This document shows, piece after piece, positions 45,312-55,698 of a stretch of DNA of 64,000 nt. A program made the translations under genes and the position numbers. Location of the stretch: positions 409 to 64,408 of the forward strand of contig JBGARF010000040.1 of NCBI GenBank assembly GCA_044230345.1. Reading direction: 5' to 3'. Each line of letters opens with the position of its first letter. The stretch's first letter is position 1. The notes under the pieces are model-generated. The model was given only the letters and a program-made list of their open reading frames with translations. It ran no database searches and was not told the DNA's origin. The DNA comes from Limisphaerales bacterium. Its GTDB lineage: Bacteria > Verrucomicrobiota > Verrucomicrobiia > Limisphaerales > JADJPG01.

Positions 45312-47879
45312 TCAAGGAACCTTCAACAATTCGTCTTCCTTCCAGCTCCGGTCGCGGGCCGTGGTGGCCGCCCGGATGGATTTCACCGTCGCCGGATCAA
45401 CGGGAGCGGCCGTGTGTTCCCATTCGCGGCGAACATAAGTGAGAATTGCGGCGATCTGATCATCCGGGAGCACGCCCAGCGCCGGCATGTCCAGCCAGTA
45501 GGTGCGATCCAGCACCTTAAGCCGGCCGCTCACGCCATGAAGGACAATCCGGATCAGCCGTTGTTCGGAACCCAGCGCCCATTCCGAATCCACCAGCGGA
45601 GGGGCCAGACCTTCCTGGCCGAGTCCGTGCGGCTGATGGCAGGGGGCGCAGATGCCGCCATACAACTGCCGGCCGAGTTCGAAGCGCGCCCGCTCCGCGA
45701 CCGTCAGCGGTGGCACCACCGGTTCGGGCTCCGCATCCGTTTTACCCGGCCAGACCATCAACGCCATGACCTTGGAGACTCGTGCGACAATGTCAGGGTC
45801 GGTCGCCCGGCCAAGTTGCTCCAACGCGGCCGGCCGGTTCGCAAACTTCACCGGCTTTCTGGCACGAGCAACCGATGCCGTCGCGAGAATGCCGTCCAGC
45901 AACGCCAGCTTCCGCGCCCTCGTCATGGGCCGGACTGCAATCATCGTCAGAAGCCGCTCGATGGCCCCGGCGCGACGGGAGTTAAAGATGCATCCGGCGA
46001 GGGAACCGGGAAATTTATCGACGTTGGCGTCCGCCTGAGCCCAAGTCTGGTCGGACAGAAGGTGATCGAGCAGCTCCAGTTCCCGGCCGGACAAGCTGCT
46101 GATCGCCGCGTCGTGCAAGAAGGCGGTTTCCGGCGCATTCCTTACGAGCTTCGCGATGGCCAGGTCGGCTTCCTTGTCTCCCGCCTCGCCGAGAATGAGC
46201 GCGAGGTGCTGTTGTACCAGGGGCGACGGATCATCTGTCATCGCGATGAGTCTCGGCAGCACCTCGGGCCGCTGGCCGGACTTGAAGAACGGCTCGCAGA
46301 CTCGCACCGCGACGGCCCGCACCCGCGCATCGAGATCGTTGAGAGCAGTGGTCGCGGTGACGCTGTCGAGCCGGCCCATGCCCTGCAAGGTCCAGAGCGC
46401 GTGCGAACGTCCGAGCGGGCTGGCGCCCGCCGCCGCCAGCGTTGCGAGGGCGGGAACAACCCTGGCATCGTTGCGTTCGACCAGGAGCCGTTGCGCGGTT
46501 TCGCGCCACCAGCTGTTCTCGCGCGACAGGTGCGCCACCCATTGTTCCGGCGTTTCCTGGTGGAGTCCCGGCTTGACGATCGGCGACCTGCCCTCGGGCA
46601 CGATTCGGTAAATCCGGCCCAGCCCGACGGGCTGGTCGAGGCGGCGATCCCCGGCCTGCCGGCGAAGATACGTGGTCAATGAAATCCGGTGCTGAATCAC
46701 GCCGCGATACATGTCCACGATGTAAAGCGCGCCTTCCGGCCCGGTGTATAAACCCACCGGGCGAAAGCGTTCGTCCGTCGAGGCGAGGAACTCCGCTTCG
46801 TGATACGCCTCCCTGGCTCGAAGTGTGCCCTGCCCGGAGCTGAGGAGGTTGCGCTTGATGAGATTGCCGGCCGGTTCGCAAACGAACGCATTGCCGTAAA
46901 ACTCGCTTCCCAGCAGGTCGCCCCGATAAATCCACGGCGCACAGGCGGCGGTGAATTCCTTGAGCTTCCCGTCCCGGAGCATGTTGGTCTGGTAGCCGCG
47001 ATTGATGCCCGGATTGACGCGGGCCGGCCAGACGAACTGCTCTGCGGCGACCTTCACGGTGACGCCCGACGGACGGCGCAGGTTCGGATTCCGCCACAGG
47101 TATCGTGACGGCAGGATGTCGGCGCGCAACTGGTCGCTGTTGGAGTTGTAGAACAGATGGCCGTCGTCGTCCTGGCTCAACCCCCACTGCCCCCGGGACG
47201 CCGCCGGGCTGGTGATCCATTCGCCCTCATCGCAGCGGAAGCGCCTGGAGTATTGGGCGCTGTAAATCCAGTTGTCCACCGCCCACAGCAGGCCGTTGGG
47301 CGCGTTCTCCGGGTTGGCGATTTCGGGCCGCTTCGGGTCCGTTTGAATGCCGTAGTCGGAGGCGACTTCAGTCGTCTCGTCCGCCTGGCCATCGCCATTG
47401 GTGTCGCGACAGTGCCAGAGCTTTGGCGGCGCCCCGATGAGGGCGCCATCGCCGACGAGCAGGATGGCGCGCGGCATGATGAGCTGGTCCTTGAACACGG
47501 TGCGATGGTCCATGCGACCGTCGCCATCCCTGTCCTCCAGGATGACGACCCGGCCGACCGGCGCATCTTCGCCACGACCGTCGAGATCCGGCATGTAACC
47601 GCGCATCTCGACAACCCACATGCGTCCATCGGGACCGATGGTCATCGCCACCGGATCCCCGATGAGCGGATCGCTGGCGACCAGTTCGAGTTTGAAGCCG
47701 GCCGCCAGCCGGAAGCTCTTTAGCGCCTCGGCGGGCGCGAGCGGCGGCGCGGGTGGAATGATGTCGCGCGGCACCAGCGAAACCTGGGCTTCACGAGGAT
47801 TCTCCCTTGAGTCCCCCAGTTCGGCCGCGGTGGAAGCACAGGCGACGGCCAGTCCTAGAATGAAGCCCTTAATTCGCAT
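45312..47879 (-). CDS. PVC-type dehydrogenase with c-type cytochrome
   Basis: DGRMWVVEMRGYMP, RGQWG, DERFRPV, DMYRG, HEAT repeats and CAPCH...MP. Confidence 0.88.
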   Translation of the reverse strand: MRIKGFILGLAVACASTAAELGDSRENPREAQVSLVPRDIIPPAPPLAPAEALKSFRLAAGFKLELVASDPLIGDPVAMTIGPDGRMWVVEMRGYMPDLDGRGEDAPVGRVVILEDRDGDGRMDHRTVFKDQLIMPRAILLVGDGALIGAPPKLWHCRDTNGDGQADETTEVASDYGIQTDPKRPEIANPENAPNGLLWAVDNWIYSAQYSRRFRCDEGEWITSPAASRGQWGLSQDDDGHLFYNSNSDQLRADILPSRYLWRNPNLRRPSGVTVKVAAEQFVWPARVNPGINRGYQTNMLRDGKLKEFTAACAPWIYRGDLLGSEFYGNAFVCEPAGNLIKRNLLSSGQGTLRAREAYHEAEFLASTDERFRPVGLYTGPEGALYIVDMYRGVIQHRISLTTYLRRQAGDRRLDQPVGLGRIYRIVPEGRSPIVKPGLHQETPEQWVAHLSRENSWWRETAQRLLVERNDARVVPALATLAAAGASPLGRSHALWTLQGMGRLDSVTATTALNDLDARVRAVAVRVCEPFFKSGQRPEVLPRLIAMTDDPSPLVQQHLALILGEAGDKEADLAIAKLVRNAPETAFLHDAAISSLSGRELELLDHLLSDQTWAQADANVDKFPGSLAGCIFNSRRAGAIERLLTMIAVRPMTRARKLALLDGILATASVARARKPVKFANRPAALEQLGRATDPDIVARVSKVMALMVWPGKTDAEPEPVVPPLTVAERARFELGRQLYGGICAPCHQPHGLGQEGLAPPLVDSEWALGSEQRLIRIVLHGVSGRLKVLDRTYWLDMPALGVLPDDQIAAILTYVRREWEHTAAPVDPATVKSIRAATTARDRSWKEDELLKVP

Positions 47880-47937
47880 CGGAACTGAGGTGGCAGACTT
47901 TAATTCTGTCCAGAAAAGCAGGGAGCTGATTCGTTCT

Positions 47938-49350
47938 TCATGGGCGAATCTCCCGGACATAGAGGTTCGCGAACTGGATTGGATGTCCGTGGTTTTGCAG
48001 GCCAATCTTGCCGCGCTTCGGCACATGGGGCAGGCGCGCGTTCTGGATCACTTGCTGGTCGTTAAGCACCACGGTCAGGCGGTCGCCGACCATCGTGATA
48101 TGAAAACGGTTCCACTGGCCGATGGGCGCGTCCGCATTCAGCTTTGGCGTCACCCCGGCGCGGACTTCGGGCGGCTGGCTGGCATCGGTGCGGTAGCCAT
48201 AGACTTCGCCCGAGCCGACCGGCCAGCACCAAATGTTGACCTGGCTCTTGGTTGAGCCGCGCAGGTAAATGCCTGAATCGCCGGCATCAAGCGCTTCAAC
48301 CCGCTTCGTCTTTCCGTCCGCGTCTTGCTCTTCTTCGCCGTTGGGCTTGATGACTGGGAGCAGGGCCTGCTGCGGCGGGGCCGTCCAACGCCAGTCTACG
48401 ATCATCTCGAAGTCGCCGAATTCCTGCGCGGTCCACAGATCCTTCGACTTGCCGTCGTAATCGAGCATCCAGTCGTTCGCGATCCAGTGGCCTTCGTGTG
48501 CCGGGGTGTAATCCCATCCGGTGAAATCAATGCCGTTGTAGAGGCTCATGAAGCCGCGATCGGCCTGGGCAACCTGTTCCGGCGCAATCGGCGTGTCGGG
48601 AAGTTCCTTGAGGCGCAGGTTCCGGAAATGAACCAAGCCGCCTTCCGATTCGAGACAGATGTAGCCTTTGCGCGGCGAAGCGTCGCGGGCGCGGGTGACC
48701 ACCTTGCCATTGACCGCAAGCGCGATAGTGCCGTCGTTGCACTCGATGCGGTAGTGGTTCCACTCTGGCGAGGGTTTGGAACGCGATTCGGTGGGATACG
48801 CGCGGCCTTTCCATGGCCCCGGATTCAGCGGCGTCATGGTGGCGCCATGGATGGGAAAAACATCGCCGTGGGACGTGTATTCGTCGCCGTTCCTGCCATC
48901 GAGCACCTGCACTTCGACGCCGCGATGGAACGGCTGCCCGCGCGCGGTGATATCGTCCGCCCAGACGAAGATGCCGGAGTTGCCTCCGGGGCGCAGATGC
49001 CGCCATTCGACTTCGAGGATGAAATTTTGATACATGCGCCCGATGCGGAGTTCGCCAATGGGTTTGCCCGAGCAGACAATCATGGCGTCCTGAACCGTCC
49101 AGGTGCTCGCCGCCGTGTTGACGTTTACCCAGCCGCTCAGGTCGCTGGCATTGAACAGGTCCACGAATCCATCCGCCGCCTGCGCCACGACGGAGGTGAG
49201 AAGCAGCGCGGTCATGGCGCCTGCCCTGGCGAAGTTGCTGCGGATGGTTGTCGCGATGGATTTCGTGGCGAACCTTCCCTGCGTCACTGACTCCTGATCA
49301 GCAAACGAACAGGAGTCGTGCGAGAATCTTCTATCGAGGTTGTTTCTCAT
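47938..49350 (-). CDS. Tandem DUF1080 (3-keto-disaccharide hydrolase-like) protein
   Basis: Two domains, each with L[FY]N..D..GW, [ND]SGI and [EQ]WN, ending in CLESEG and GLQNHG respectively. Confidence 0.88.
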   Translation of the reverse strand: MRNNLDRRFSHDSCSFADQESVTQGRFATKSIATTIRSNFARAGAMTALLLTSVVAQAADGFVDLFNASDLSGWVNVNTAASTWTVQDAMIVCSGKPIGELRIGRMYQNFILEVEWRHLRPGGNSGIFVWADDITARGQPFHRGVEVQVLDGRNGDEYTSHGDVFPIHGATMTPLNPGPWKGRAYPTESRSKPSPEWNHYRIECNDGTIALAVNGKVVTRARDASPRKGYICLESEGGLVHFRNLRLKELPDTPIAPEQVAQADRGFMSLYNGIDFTGWDYTPAHEGHWIANDWMLDYDGKSKDLWTAQEFGDFEMIVDWRWTAPPQQALLPVIKPNGEEEQDADGKTKRVEALDAGDSGIYLRGSTKSQVNIWCWPVGSGEVYGYRTDASQPPEVRAGVTPKLNADAPIGQWNRFHITMVGDRLTVVLNDQQVIQNARLPHVPKRGKIGLQNHGHPIQFANLYVREIRP

Positions 49351-49418
49351 GTTCACGGTTCCGTTTGATTGGGGTAAAACCCCGGTGCGTTTCCTGGTCA
49401 CCGCCGTCTGGCCGCGCG

Positions 49419-50723
49419 CTAGATGAACTTGGTCCTCCCCGGCATCGCGACGGGCGGAACCGCCAGCGGCGCGTCCCAATCCAGTTGCCCGGGCATCAGA
49501 ACTTCCTGCGAGTTCATGGCCTGGTCCCAGGTGATGACCTGCCCGGTGTAGGACGCCATCCGGCCCATGATTGCAATCAACGTGCTCCTCGCCATGCGGA
49601 AGCCGTCGTTGATGGGATTGCCGTTGCGGATGGACGAATACAGCTCGGCATGTTCGGTCACATACATGTCAGGGTCTCCTTTGCGGTCCCGCCGCCAGGG
49701 TTTCCCGCCGGTGATGGTCACGGGAGCGGAGGCGCGGATCGTCGCCTTGCCCCGGGTGCCGATGAAGTAGTCCGAGTAGTCGTTGGCGCAGCCGGCCTGC
49801 TGGCGGGAAAGATGATAACCGCGCGCGCCGTTCTCGTATTCGTAGACGACGCCGAAGTGGTCATAGATATGCCCGTAGAGCGGCTCCGTGCGCACCTGGC
49901 GTCCGCCAATCGCCACACATTGCGCGGGCGGCACATCCCCCATCGCCCACGACATCTTGTCAAGGCTGTGGACGGCCTGCTCCACGATGTGATCCCCGCC
50001 CAGCCAGGTGAAATAATACCAGTTGCGCAACTGCCACTGCAAATCGGTCCAGTCCGGCTGGCGCTCGCGCGACCAGAGCGTGCCCGTGAAGTAGTTGGTC
50101 TGGAGCGACACCGGCTCGCCGATGTCGCCGTCGTGGATGCGCTTCATGATCTCCCGTTCCGCGGCGCTGTAGCGCCAGTTGAAGCCGGCGACGATGGCCA
50201 GCTTTCTTTTCTTCGCTTCCTCGGCGGAAGCCAGCACCGAGCGCACGCCGGGCGCGTCCACGGCCATCGGTTTTTCGCAGAACACATGCTTGCCCGCGGT
50301 GATGGCGGCCTTCAGATGAACGGGCCGGAAACCCGGCGGCGTGGCGAGAATCACCACGTCCACCCCGCTGTCGATGACCTTCTGGTACGCATCGAGACCG
50401 GTGAACGTGGTGTCGGGCGTGACCCGAATCTTGTCCGCGTGAGCGCCGCGAAGGATCTTCAGGCTCCCTTGCAGGCGATCCTCAAAAACATCTCCCATCG
50501 CCGCCAGATGCACGTTGGCGTCCGCCGTCAGCGCCTGTCCCGCCGCGCCGGTGCCGCGCCCGCCGCAGCCGATCAGCCCCACCTTCAGCGTATCCCCCGG
50601 CGAGGCCGCCCGCGTTTTCGAAGTGAAGATCAACGGCGTGCCCACGGCTCCGATGACGGCGGCCGTGGTGGAGTTTCTGAGGAATTGCCGGCGCGATGTC
50701 GGCTTCTGGATCGGTGTGTTCAT
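49419..50723 (-). CDS. Tat-exported Gfo/Idh/MocA oxidoreductase
   Basis: SRRQFL, GCGGRG, EKP and EQAVHSLD. Confidence 0.93.
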   Translation of the reverse strand: MNTPIQKPTSRRQFLRNSTTAAVIGAVGTPLIFTSKTRAASPGDTLKVGLIGCGGRGTGAAGQALTADANVHLAAMGDVFEDRLQGSLKILRGAHADKIRVTPDTTFTGLDAYQKVIDSGVDVVILATPPGFRPVHLKAAITAGKHVFCEKPMAVDAPGVRSVLASAEEAKKRKLAIVAGFNWRYSAAEREIMKRIHDGDIGEPVSLQTNYFTGTLWSRERQPDWTDLQWQLRNWYYFTWLGGDHIVEQAVHSLDKMSWAMGDVPPAQCVAIGGRQVRTEPLYGHIYDHFGVVYEYENGARGYHLSRQQAGCANDYSDYFIGTRGKATIRASAPVTITGGKPWRRDRKGDPDMYVTEHAELYSSIRNGNPINDGFRMARSTLIAIMGRMASYTGQVITWDQAMNSQEVLMPGQLDWDAPLAVPPVAMPGRTKFI

Positions 50724-50783
50724 ACGTGAGATGTGACAGCAGCAGAATGTTGCAACCCTCGCGACCCGACAACACGCGGGTCG

Positions 50784-50797
50784 TTAAACTCGTTGAG
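50784..50797 (-). promoter_or_regulatory. Conserved motif, site 3
   Basis: Reads CTCAACGAGTTTAA on the minus strand, 60 nt upstream of ATG 50723. Identical to site 4. Confidence 0.8.
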
Positions 50798-50972
50798 GAG
50801 TCCGGCCGGCCTTCGTTCTCTTTCTCGTCTGTTGGATGCAGCGGCGATCTCGCGACCGCGAACACGCGCGCAGCGCCGCGGGTGCCAGGACGGAGATTCA
50901 TCCGGATTATCACCCCGATGCCGGCTCCGCCCCGGTTTTGAAGTTGTCAGCCGGATTGCGGATCGCTAGTCC

Positions 50973-51812
50973 ATGTCCATGACCGCTCGATCCTTGATCC
51001 CCATCCTCGCGTTTTCGTTCTTCGCCTGCGGCCCCGTGACCGGACAGGCCGCCGCCGGGCTGACTCTGTCATGGACGAACAACCTGCTGAGCGTGTCCGG
51101 ATCGGACCTTCCGGGGCGGACCCTGGACATCTGGTATCTCGAAGCCTTTTGCCGGAGCGGCTCGACCAAACGGGACTGGTGGCAGACGGTGTTCCCGCAC
51201 AAGACCACGCTGGTGTCCGCCGGCCGCGACGGGAAGCGGCTCCAGTTTCTGACCCGTTTCGATCCGGCGGTCGAAGTCATTCACGAAGTGCGCGCGGGCA
51301 GGGACGAGGTCGAGTTCACCTACAAGCTCACCAACCGGGGCACCGCTCCGGTGGACGTGAACTGGTTCCAACCCGCCTGCATCCGGGTCGCCCGATTCAC
51401 CGGGAGGAGCCAGAGCAACTACACGGCGCGCAGCTTCATCTTCACGGAGCGGGGATTGACGATGCTGGACCAGACCAGGCGCACGGAGGAGGCGGTGTAT
51501 CGAGGAGGACAGGTGTACGTGCCGGAGGGAATCAACCTCGCGGATGTGAACCCGCGTCCCATGTGCGGTGATTCGCCGGTGAACGGGCTGATCGGCTGCT
51601 TCTCGGCGGATGACAAATGGCTGATGGCCACGGCGTCCGACCGCACGCATGAACTGTTCGAGGGGATTTTTGTCTGCCTCCACTCCGATCCCCATCTGGG
51701 CGGCCTGGCCCCCGGCGAAACCAAACGTGTGCGGAGCAAGCTTTACCTGATGAAGAATGACGTGAAGGCGCTCCTGAAGCGCTACCGGCGCGATTTCGGG
51801 AAACAAGACTGA
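50973..51812 (+). CDS. Secreted hypothetical protein (CLHSDP motif)
   Basis: Signal peptide, YLEAFCR, QPACIR and CLHSDP. Confidence 0.75.
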   Translation: MSMTARSLIPILAFSFFACGPVTGQAAAGLTLSWTNNLLSVSGSDLPGRTLDIWYLEAFCRSGSTKRDWWQTVFPHKTTLVSAGRDGKRLQFLTRFDPAVEVIHEVRAGRDEVEFTYKLTNRGTAPVDVNWFQPACIRVARFTGRSQSNYTARSFIFTERGLTMLDQTRRTEEAVYRGGQVYVPEGINLADVNPRPMCGDSPVNGLIGCFSADDKWLMATASDRTHELFEGIFVCLHSDPHLGGLAPGETKRVRSKLYLMKNDVKALLKRYRRDFGKQD

Positions 51813-51911
51813 GAAGGATCAGCCTTCCGGCCCCTGACGGCCGCCTTCCCCGCCGCTCGCGTGAAATCCGGAGACGAGCACAGCGCGGCACATGATCGCC
51901 GCCCCCCGGCA

Positions 51912-51937
51912 GCCCGCAGGGACTTGGCCCTGCGGGC
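51912..51937. terminator. GC-rich hairpin between convergent genes
   Basis: GCCCGCAGGG-ACTTGG-CCCTGCGGGC, a perfect 10-bp stem with no U-tract. Confidence 0.45.
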
Positions 51938-51967
51938 CTGATGACCGGCGGTCTCAGTGACGGGAAT

Positions 51968-52204
51968 TCAGCGCAGCACCTCGATGCCCGCGCCGAAGTT
52001 GATGTGATAGGCCGCGCCATCCAGCACCAGCGCAGGCACGGATTTGACGCCGGCTTTCTCCGCCTCGGCGACGCGGGCCTTGTGCTGGCCGAGGTGGACG
52101 ATCTCCGTCTCATAACGCGCCGGATCGAGCGCGGCGGCGACGTTCTGTTCGGCGGCGACACACACAGGACAGCCCGCGTGATAGAATACAGCTTTGGTTT
52201 TCAT
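51968..52204 (-). CDS. Small thioredoxin/glutaredoxin-like protein
   Basis: FYHAGCPVC and SVPALV (cis-Pro motif). Start taken at ATG 52204. Confidence 0.85.
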   Translation of the reverse strand: MKTKAVFYHAGCPVCVAAEQNVAAALDPARYETEIVHLGQHKARVAEAEKAGVKSVPALVLDGAAYHINFGAGIEVLR

Positions 52205-52314
52205 GTTCGTTTCTTGTGTTTGTTTTCTCTGCGCGGCGCGCGACACAGTTGTCGGGCGTCGCTCGTGTATTACGCCACCGGTGGGCGCGGGGCGAAAGAA
52301 GGCACAATTGCGTG

Positions 52315-52338
52315 AGCGGGCACCGTTTGGTTCCCGCT
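52315..52338. promoter_or_regulatory. Candidate HxlR-family operator palindrome
   Basis: AGCGGGCACC-GTTT-GGTTCCCGCT (9/10 inverted), located between the divergent trx-like and hxlR-like genes. Confidence 0.55.
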
Positions 52339-52373
52339 GTTCCCCCCGCGCGGGTTGATCTAGGTTTTTCCGC

Positions 52374-52715
52374 ATGACAACCAGGAAGAAGCCGCTCTCG
52401 CTCCACGAACGAAACGCTTACCGCCGGCTGGAGGACGTGGTGGGCTGCAAGTGGTCGGCGGCCGTCCTGGCAGCCATCGGCCGTGGAGTGACGAGGCCGG
52501 GCCAGCTTGAGCGTTTCATCCCCGGCATCTCGACGAAGGTGCTCAACGAACGCCTGCGCAAGCTGCTGGACTACCGGCTCATCACCCGAGCGGAGATCGC
52601 GGGCAAGGTGCCGCGCACGGAATACGCGCTGACGACCACGGGAACAAAACTCAACGCCATCATTGAAAGCATCCGGGATCTGGATGAGGAGCATGGCACG
52701 AGCGCCAGGCCATGA
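52374..52715 (+). CDS. HxlR-family winged-helix regulator
   Basis: GCKW, IPGISTKVLNERLRKL and PRTEYALT. Confidence 0.9.
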   Translation: MTTRKKPLSLHERNAYRRLEDVVGCKWSAAVLAAIGRGVTRPGQLERFIPGISTKVLNERLRKLLDYRLITRAEIAGKVPRTEYALTTTGTKLNAIIESIRDLDEEHGTSARP

Positions 52716-53422
52716 GCAGACTCAAGATTATCGGGTTGCAAACCGGCATGCCGCGCACGCTGGGCGCGGCGGACGGGGCGGAGCCGATGGATCGAGAATG
52801 GACGACGGGCTTTTTCAAGGAGGCCGTGTCCGGCGCCCGGCAGGTGACGCGGCTCGGCATCGAGGGCGACGGTCAGGCCGATCTCGTCCATCACGGAGGA
52901 CCGGACAAGGCGATCAACGTTTATCCCGCCGAGCACCATGCGAGCTGGGCCGGGGAACTGGGCCTCACGCTGCATGCGGGCGCATTTGGCGAGAACTTCA
53001 CCACCACCGGATTGACGGAGGCGGACGTGTGCGTGGGCGATGTGTTTCGTGCGGGTGATTTGATCGTGCAGATATCGCAGCCGCGTCAACCCTGCTGGAA
53101 GTTGAGCCGCCGCTGGCGCATCAAGGATCTCGCGGCACGCGTGGAACGTACCGGCCGTACTGGCTGGTATTTCCGGGTGATGGGCACGGGAATGATCCAG
53201 GCGGGTGCGGTGCTGGAACTCATCGAGCGCCCCGCACCGGCCTGGAGCGTCGCCGCCGCCAACGAGGTGATGCATCATCGCAAGAATGACATCGCCGCGG
53301 CCCTGGAGCTGGCGTCCTGTCCCGGGCTTTCACAAAGCTGGGCGGGCAGCCTCACCCGCCGGGCCGCAGGCGGGAAAATGAACACCAACGAGCGATTGAC
53401 CGGGCCATTGGATGCTCAATAA
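52712..53422 (+). CDS. MOSC-domain protein (YiiM-like)
   Basis: GDGQADLVHHGGPDKA, GAFGEN, QPRQPCWK and GRTGWYFRV, plus a 3-alpha tail. Confidence 0.92.
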   Translation: MSRLKIIGLQTGMPRTLGAADGAEPMDREWTTGFFKEAVSGARQVTRLGIEGDGQADLVHHGGPDKAINVYPAEHHASWAGELGLTLHAGAFGENFTTTGLTEADVCVGDVFRAGDLIVQISQPRQPCWKLSRRWRIKDLAARVERTGRTGWYFRVMGTGMIQAGAVLELIERPAPAWSVAAANEVMHHRKNDIAAALELASCPGLSQSWAGSLTRRAAGGKMNTNERLTGPLDAQ

Positions 53423-53544
53423 CAACTCTGTAAAACCGCGCCGGGCTTCTCCATCCAGCCTGGGCTGGCAATGCTGTTGCCGGCTGTGCGGAGGCCGGCG
53501 GATGCCTCGAAGTTTATCCGGCGCTCAGGACCCATCTCACTCGG

Positions 53545-53558
53545 CTCAACGAGTTTAA
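53545..53558 (+). promoter_or_regulatory. Conserved motif, site 4
   Basis: CTCAACGAGTTTAA, 47 nt upstream of ATG 53606. Confidence 0.8.
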
Positions 53559-53605
53559 GAATCCCGGCCTTGTCCCGACCTATGCGGGGTGAGAAGTTTC
53601 ACTCA

Positions 53606-54535
53606 ATGATAAATCGCAGATTGCTCAGGGCATCCGCCAGCGCGGCGTTTTTCGCCTGCGTGCTCATGATGCAAACCGGTGCCGCACCCGAGCCGGACAA
53701 CGGCAAACTGAACATCATCTGTTTCGGGGCGCATCCGGACGATTGTGAAATTCAGGTCGGTGGGACGGCGATGCTGTGGGCAGCCAAAGGACATCGCGTA
53801 AAGTTCGTGTCGCTGACCAACGGCGATATCGGGCACTGGCGCGAAGCAGGCGGTCCGCTGGCCAAACGCCGGCTCGCGGAAGTGTTGGAGGCGGGGCGAA
53901 TGCTGGGTGTTACCAGTGCAGTCCTGGACATTCACGATGGCGAACTGGAGCCGACGTTGGAGAACCGCCGCAAAATCACCCGGCTCATCCGGGAATGGAA
54001 CGCCGACCTCGTGATTAGTCATCGTCCAAACGATTACCATCCCGACCATCGCTATGCGGCGGTGCTCGTCCAGGACGCCGCCTACATGGTAACCGTGCCG
54101 TTTTTCTGCCCGGACATGCCAGCGCTGAAGAAAAATCCGGTCTTCATGTACTCGCCCGATCCGTTCAAGAAACCCAACGCCTTTCAGGTGGACGTGGCCG
54201 TCTCCATCGACCCAGTGATCGAAAGACGATTGGACGCGCTCGATATCATGACATCGCAATTCTACGAAGGCGGGGCAAATGGTTCGTTGGACAGTATTCC
54301 CACTGATCCAGAGAAACAGGCGGAGCGGCGGAAGTCGGTTCGGGCCAATTTGCAATCGTGGTATCGCGACCGGGCCGAAAGATCCCGCTCCAAGTTGGTG
54401 GAACTTTATGGACGGGAGGCTGCCGACAAAATCCGACACGCGGAAATCTTTGAGCTATGTGAATACGGCCGACGTCCCGACCAGGCAGAACTGGCACGGC
54501 TTTTTCCATTCTGCGCAAAAGCCGAGACGCCTTGA
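53606..54535 (+). CDS. Secreted PIG-L/LmbE-family deacetylase
   Basis: Signal peptide from ATG 53606, with AHPDD, TNGD and YHPDH. Confidence 0.9.
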   Translation: MINRRLLRASASAAFFACVLMMQTGAAPEPDNGKLNIICFGAHPDDCEIQVGGTAMLWAAKGHRVKFVSLTNGDIGHWREAGGPLAKRRLAEVLEAGRMLGVTSAVLDIHDGELEPTLENRRKITRLIREWNADLVISHRPNDYHPDHRYAAVLVQDAAYMVTVPFFCPDMPALKKNPVFMYSPDPFKKPNAFQVDVAVSIDPVIERRLDALDIMTSQFYEGGANGSLDSIPTDPEKQAERRKSVRANLQSWYRDRAERSRSKLVELYGREAADKIRHAEIFELCEYGRRPDQAELARLFPFCAKAETP

Positions 54536-54621
54536 TGAGAAGCCTCCGATTTTCAACGTGAACCGAAAGGTTCGCCGCATGGCTGTACTGGTCGACGACG
54601 CGCCGAGGATCCCCCAACTTT

Positions 54622-55647
54622 ATGACCCTCTCTGCACACGCCAAACCCAACCTTGTCACCCGCCGTCGGGCGCTGAAGCTCGCCGGAAATGGAGTTGTGA
54701 AGATCGCGGCCCTGGCCGCCTTCGCGCAGATTGCCGGTGGCGCGACGCCGCGGGCGCCGGAGGCGTCGACGGAAAATCCCGCACGCACAAGGCCGCGCGA
54801 GAAATTGAGAATCGCCACCTGCCAGTTTCCAGTCAGCGCGAACATCGCCGCCAATGCGGCGCACATCGGCGGCTTCATGCGCAGGGCGGCCGACGCCGGC
54901 GCGCACCTGCTGCACACGTCGGAGGCCAGCCTGTCGGGATACGCCGGGAGCGACTATCCTGCGTTCGACGGCTACGACTGGAAATCGCTCCGCAAGGAGA
55001 CGGCTGGACTCAGGGAGCTGGCGAAGGATTTGAAACTGTGGCTCGTCCTGGGTTCCGCCCATTACCTGGATGAAAAGACGAAGCCAACGAACTGCCTCTA
55101 CCTGATCGATCCGCAGGGCGACATCGTGAATCGTTACGACAAGTGCATGTGTACCCCGGAGGACCAGAAGCATTACTCCGCGGGGAACCGGCTGGTCACG
55201 CACGAGATTCAAAACGTCCGGATCGGCCTGGCCATCTGTTTCGACATTTGCTGGCCGCAGATCTACATCGCCTACCGCGAGCGGGGCGTCACGTTGATGC
55301 TCCATTCGTTCTACAACGCGGGAAGCAAGGGCGGGAACTGCCTCGACACCCTCAACGTCCGCCAGGTCCCCACCCGCTGCGCGGACAACCGCATGTGGGC
55401 GGTGGCGAACAATTCATCCCAACCTTACTCGCATTGGGGCTCCTTCATCGCACGACCGGACGCAACCATCCCAAAACAACTAGAGATCAACAAACCCGGC
55501 ATGCTGGTTCACGATTTCCCGGACGGCCTCTCTGAGAAGGGTTGGTATCACAATTTCCAGCCGATGAAGCTGGCCGACGGGGAAACCATGACCTGGGGGA
55601 TCCCAAGCCGGCATCCGCGGCAAAGCAACGGCCGGGCGGAACCATGA
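54622..55647 (+). CDS. Carbon-nitrogen hydrolase with Tat-like leader
   Basis: TRRRAL leader and triad motifs TSEA, RYDK and ICFD. Confidence 0.88.
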   Translation: MTLSAHAKPNLVTRRRALKLAGNGVVKIAALAAFAQIAGGATPRAPEASTENPARTRPREKLRIATCQFPVSANIAANAAHIGGFMRRAADAGAHLLHTSEASLSGYAGSDYPAFDGYDWKSLRKETAGLRELAKDLKLWLVLGSAHYLDEKTKPTNCLYLIDPQGDIVNRYDKCMCTPEDQKHYSAGNRLVTHEIQNVRIGLAICFDICWPQIYIAYRERGVTLMLHSFYNAGSKGGNCLDTLNVRQVPTRCADNRMWAVANNSSQPYSHWGSFIARPDATIPKQLEINKPGMLVHDFPDGLSEKGWYHNFQPMKLADGETMTWGIPSRHPRQSNGRAEP

Positions 55648-55698
55648 ATTCGAAGCCAGTCGTTCTCAAACTCCTGCTGAATCCAACTGATGCGGAGT

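Noticed and set aside
53471-53605. Longer start for the PIG-L deacetylase
   Set aside because: It would contain motif site 4 and precede a clear signal peptide starting at 53606.
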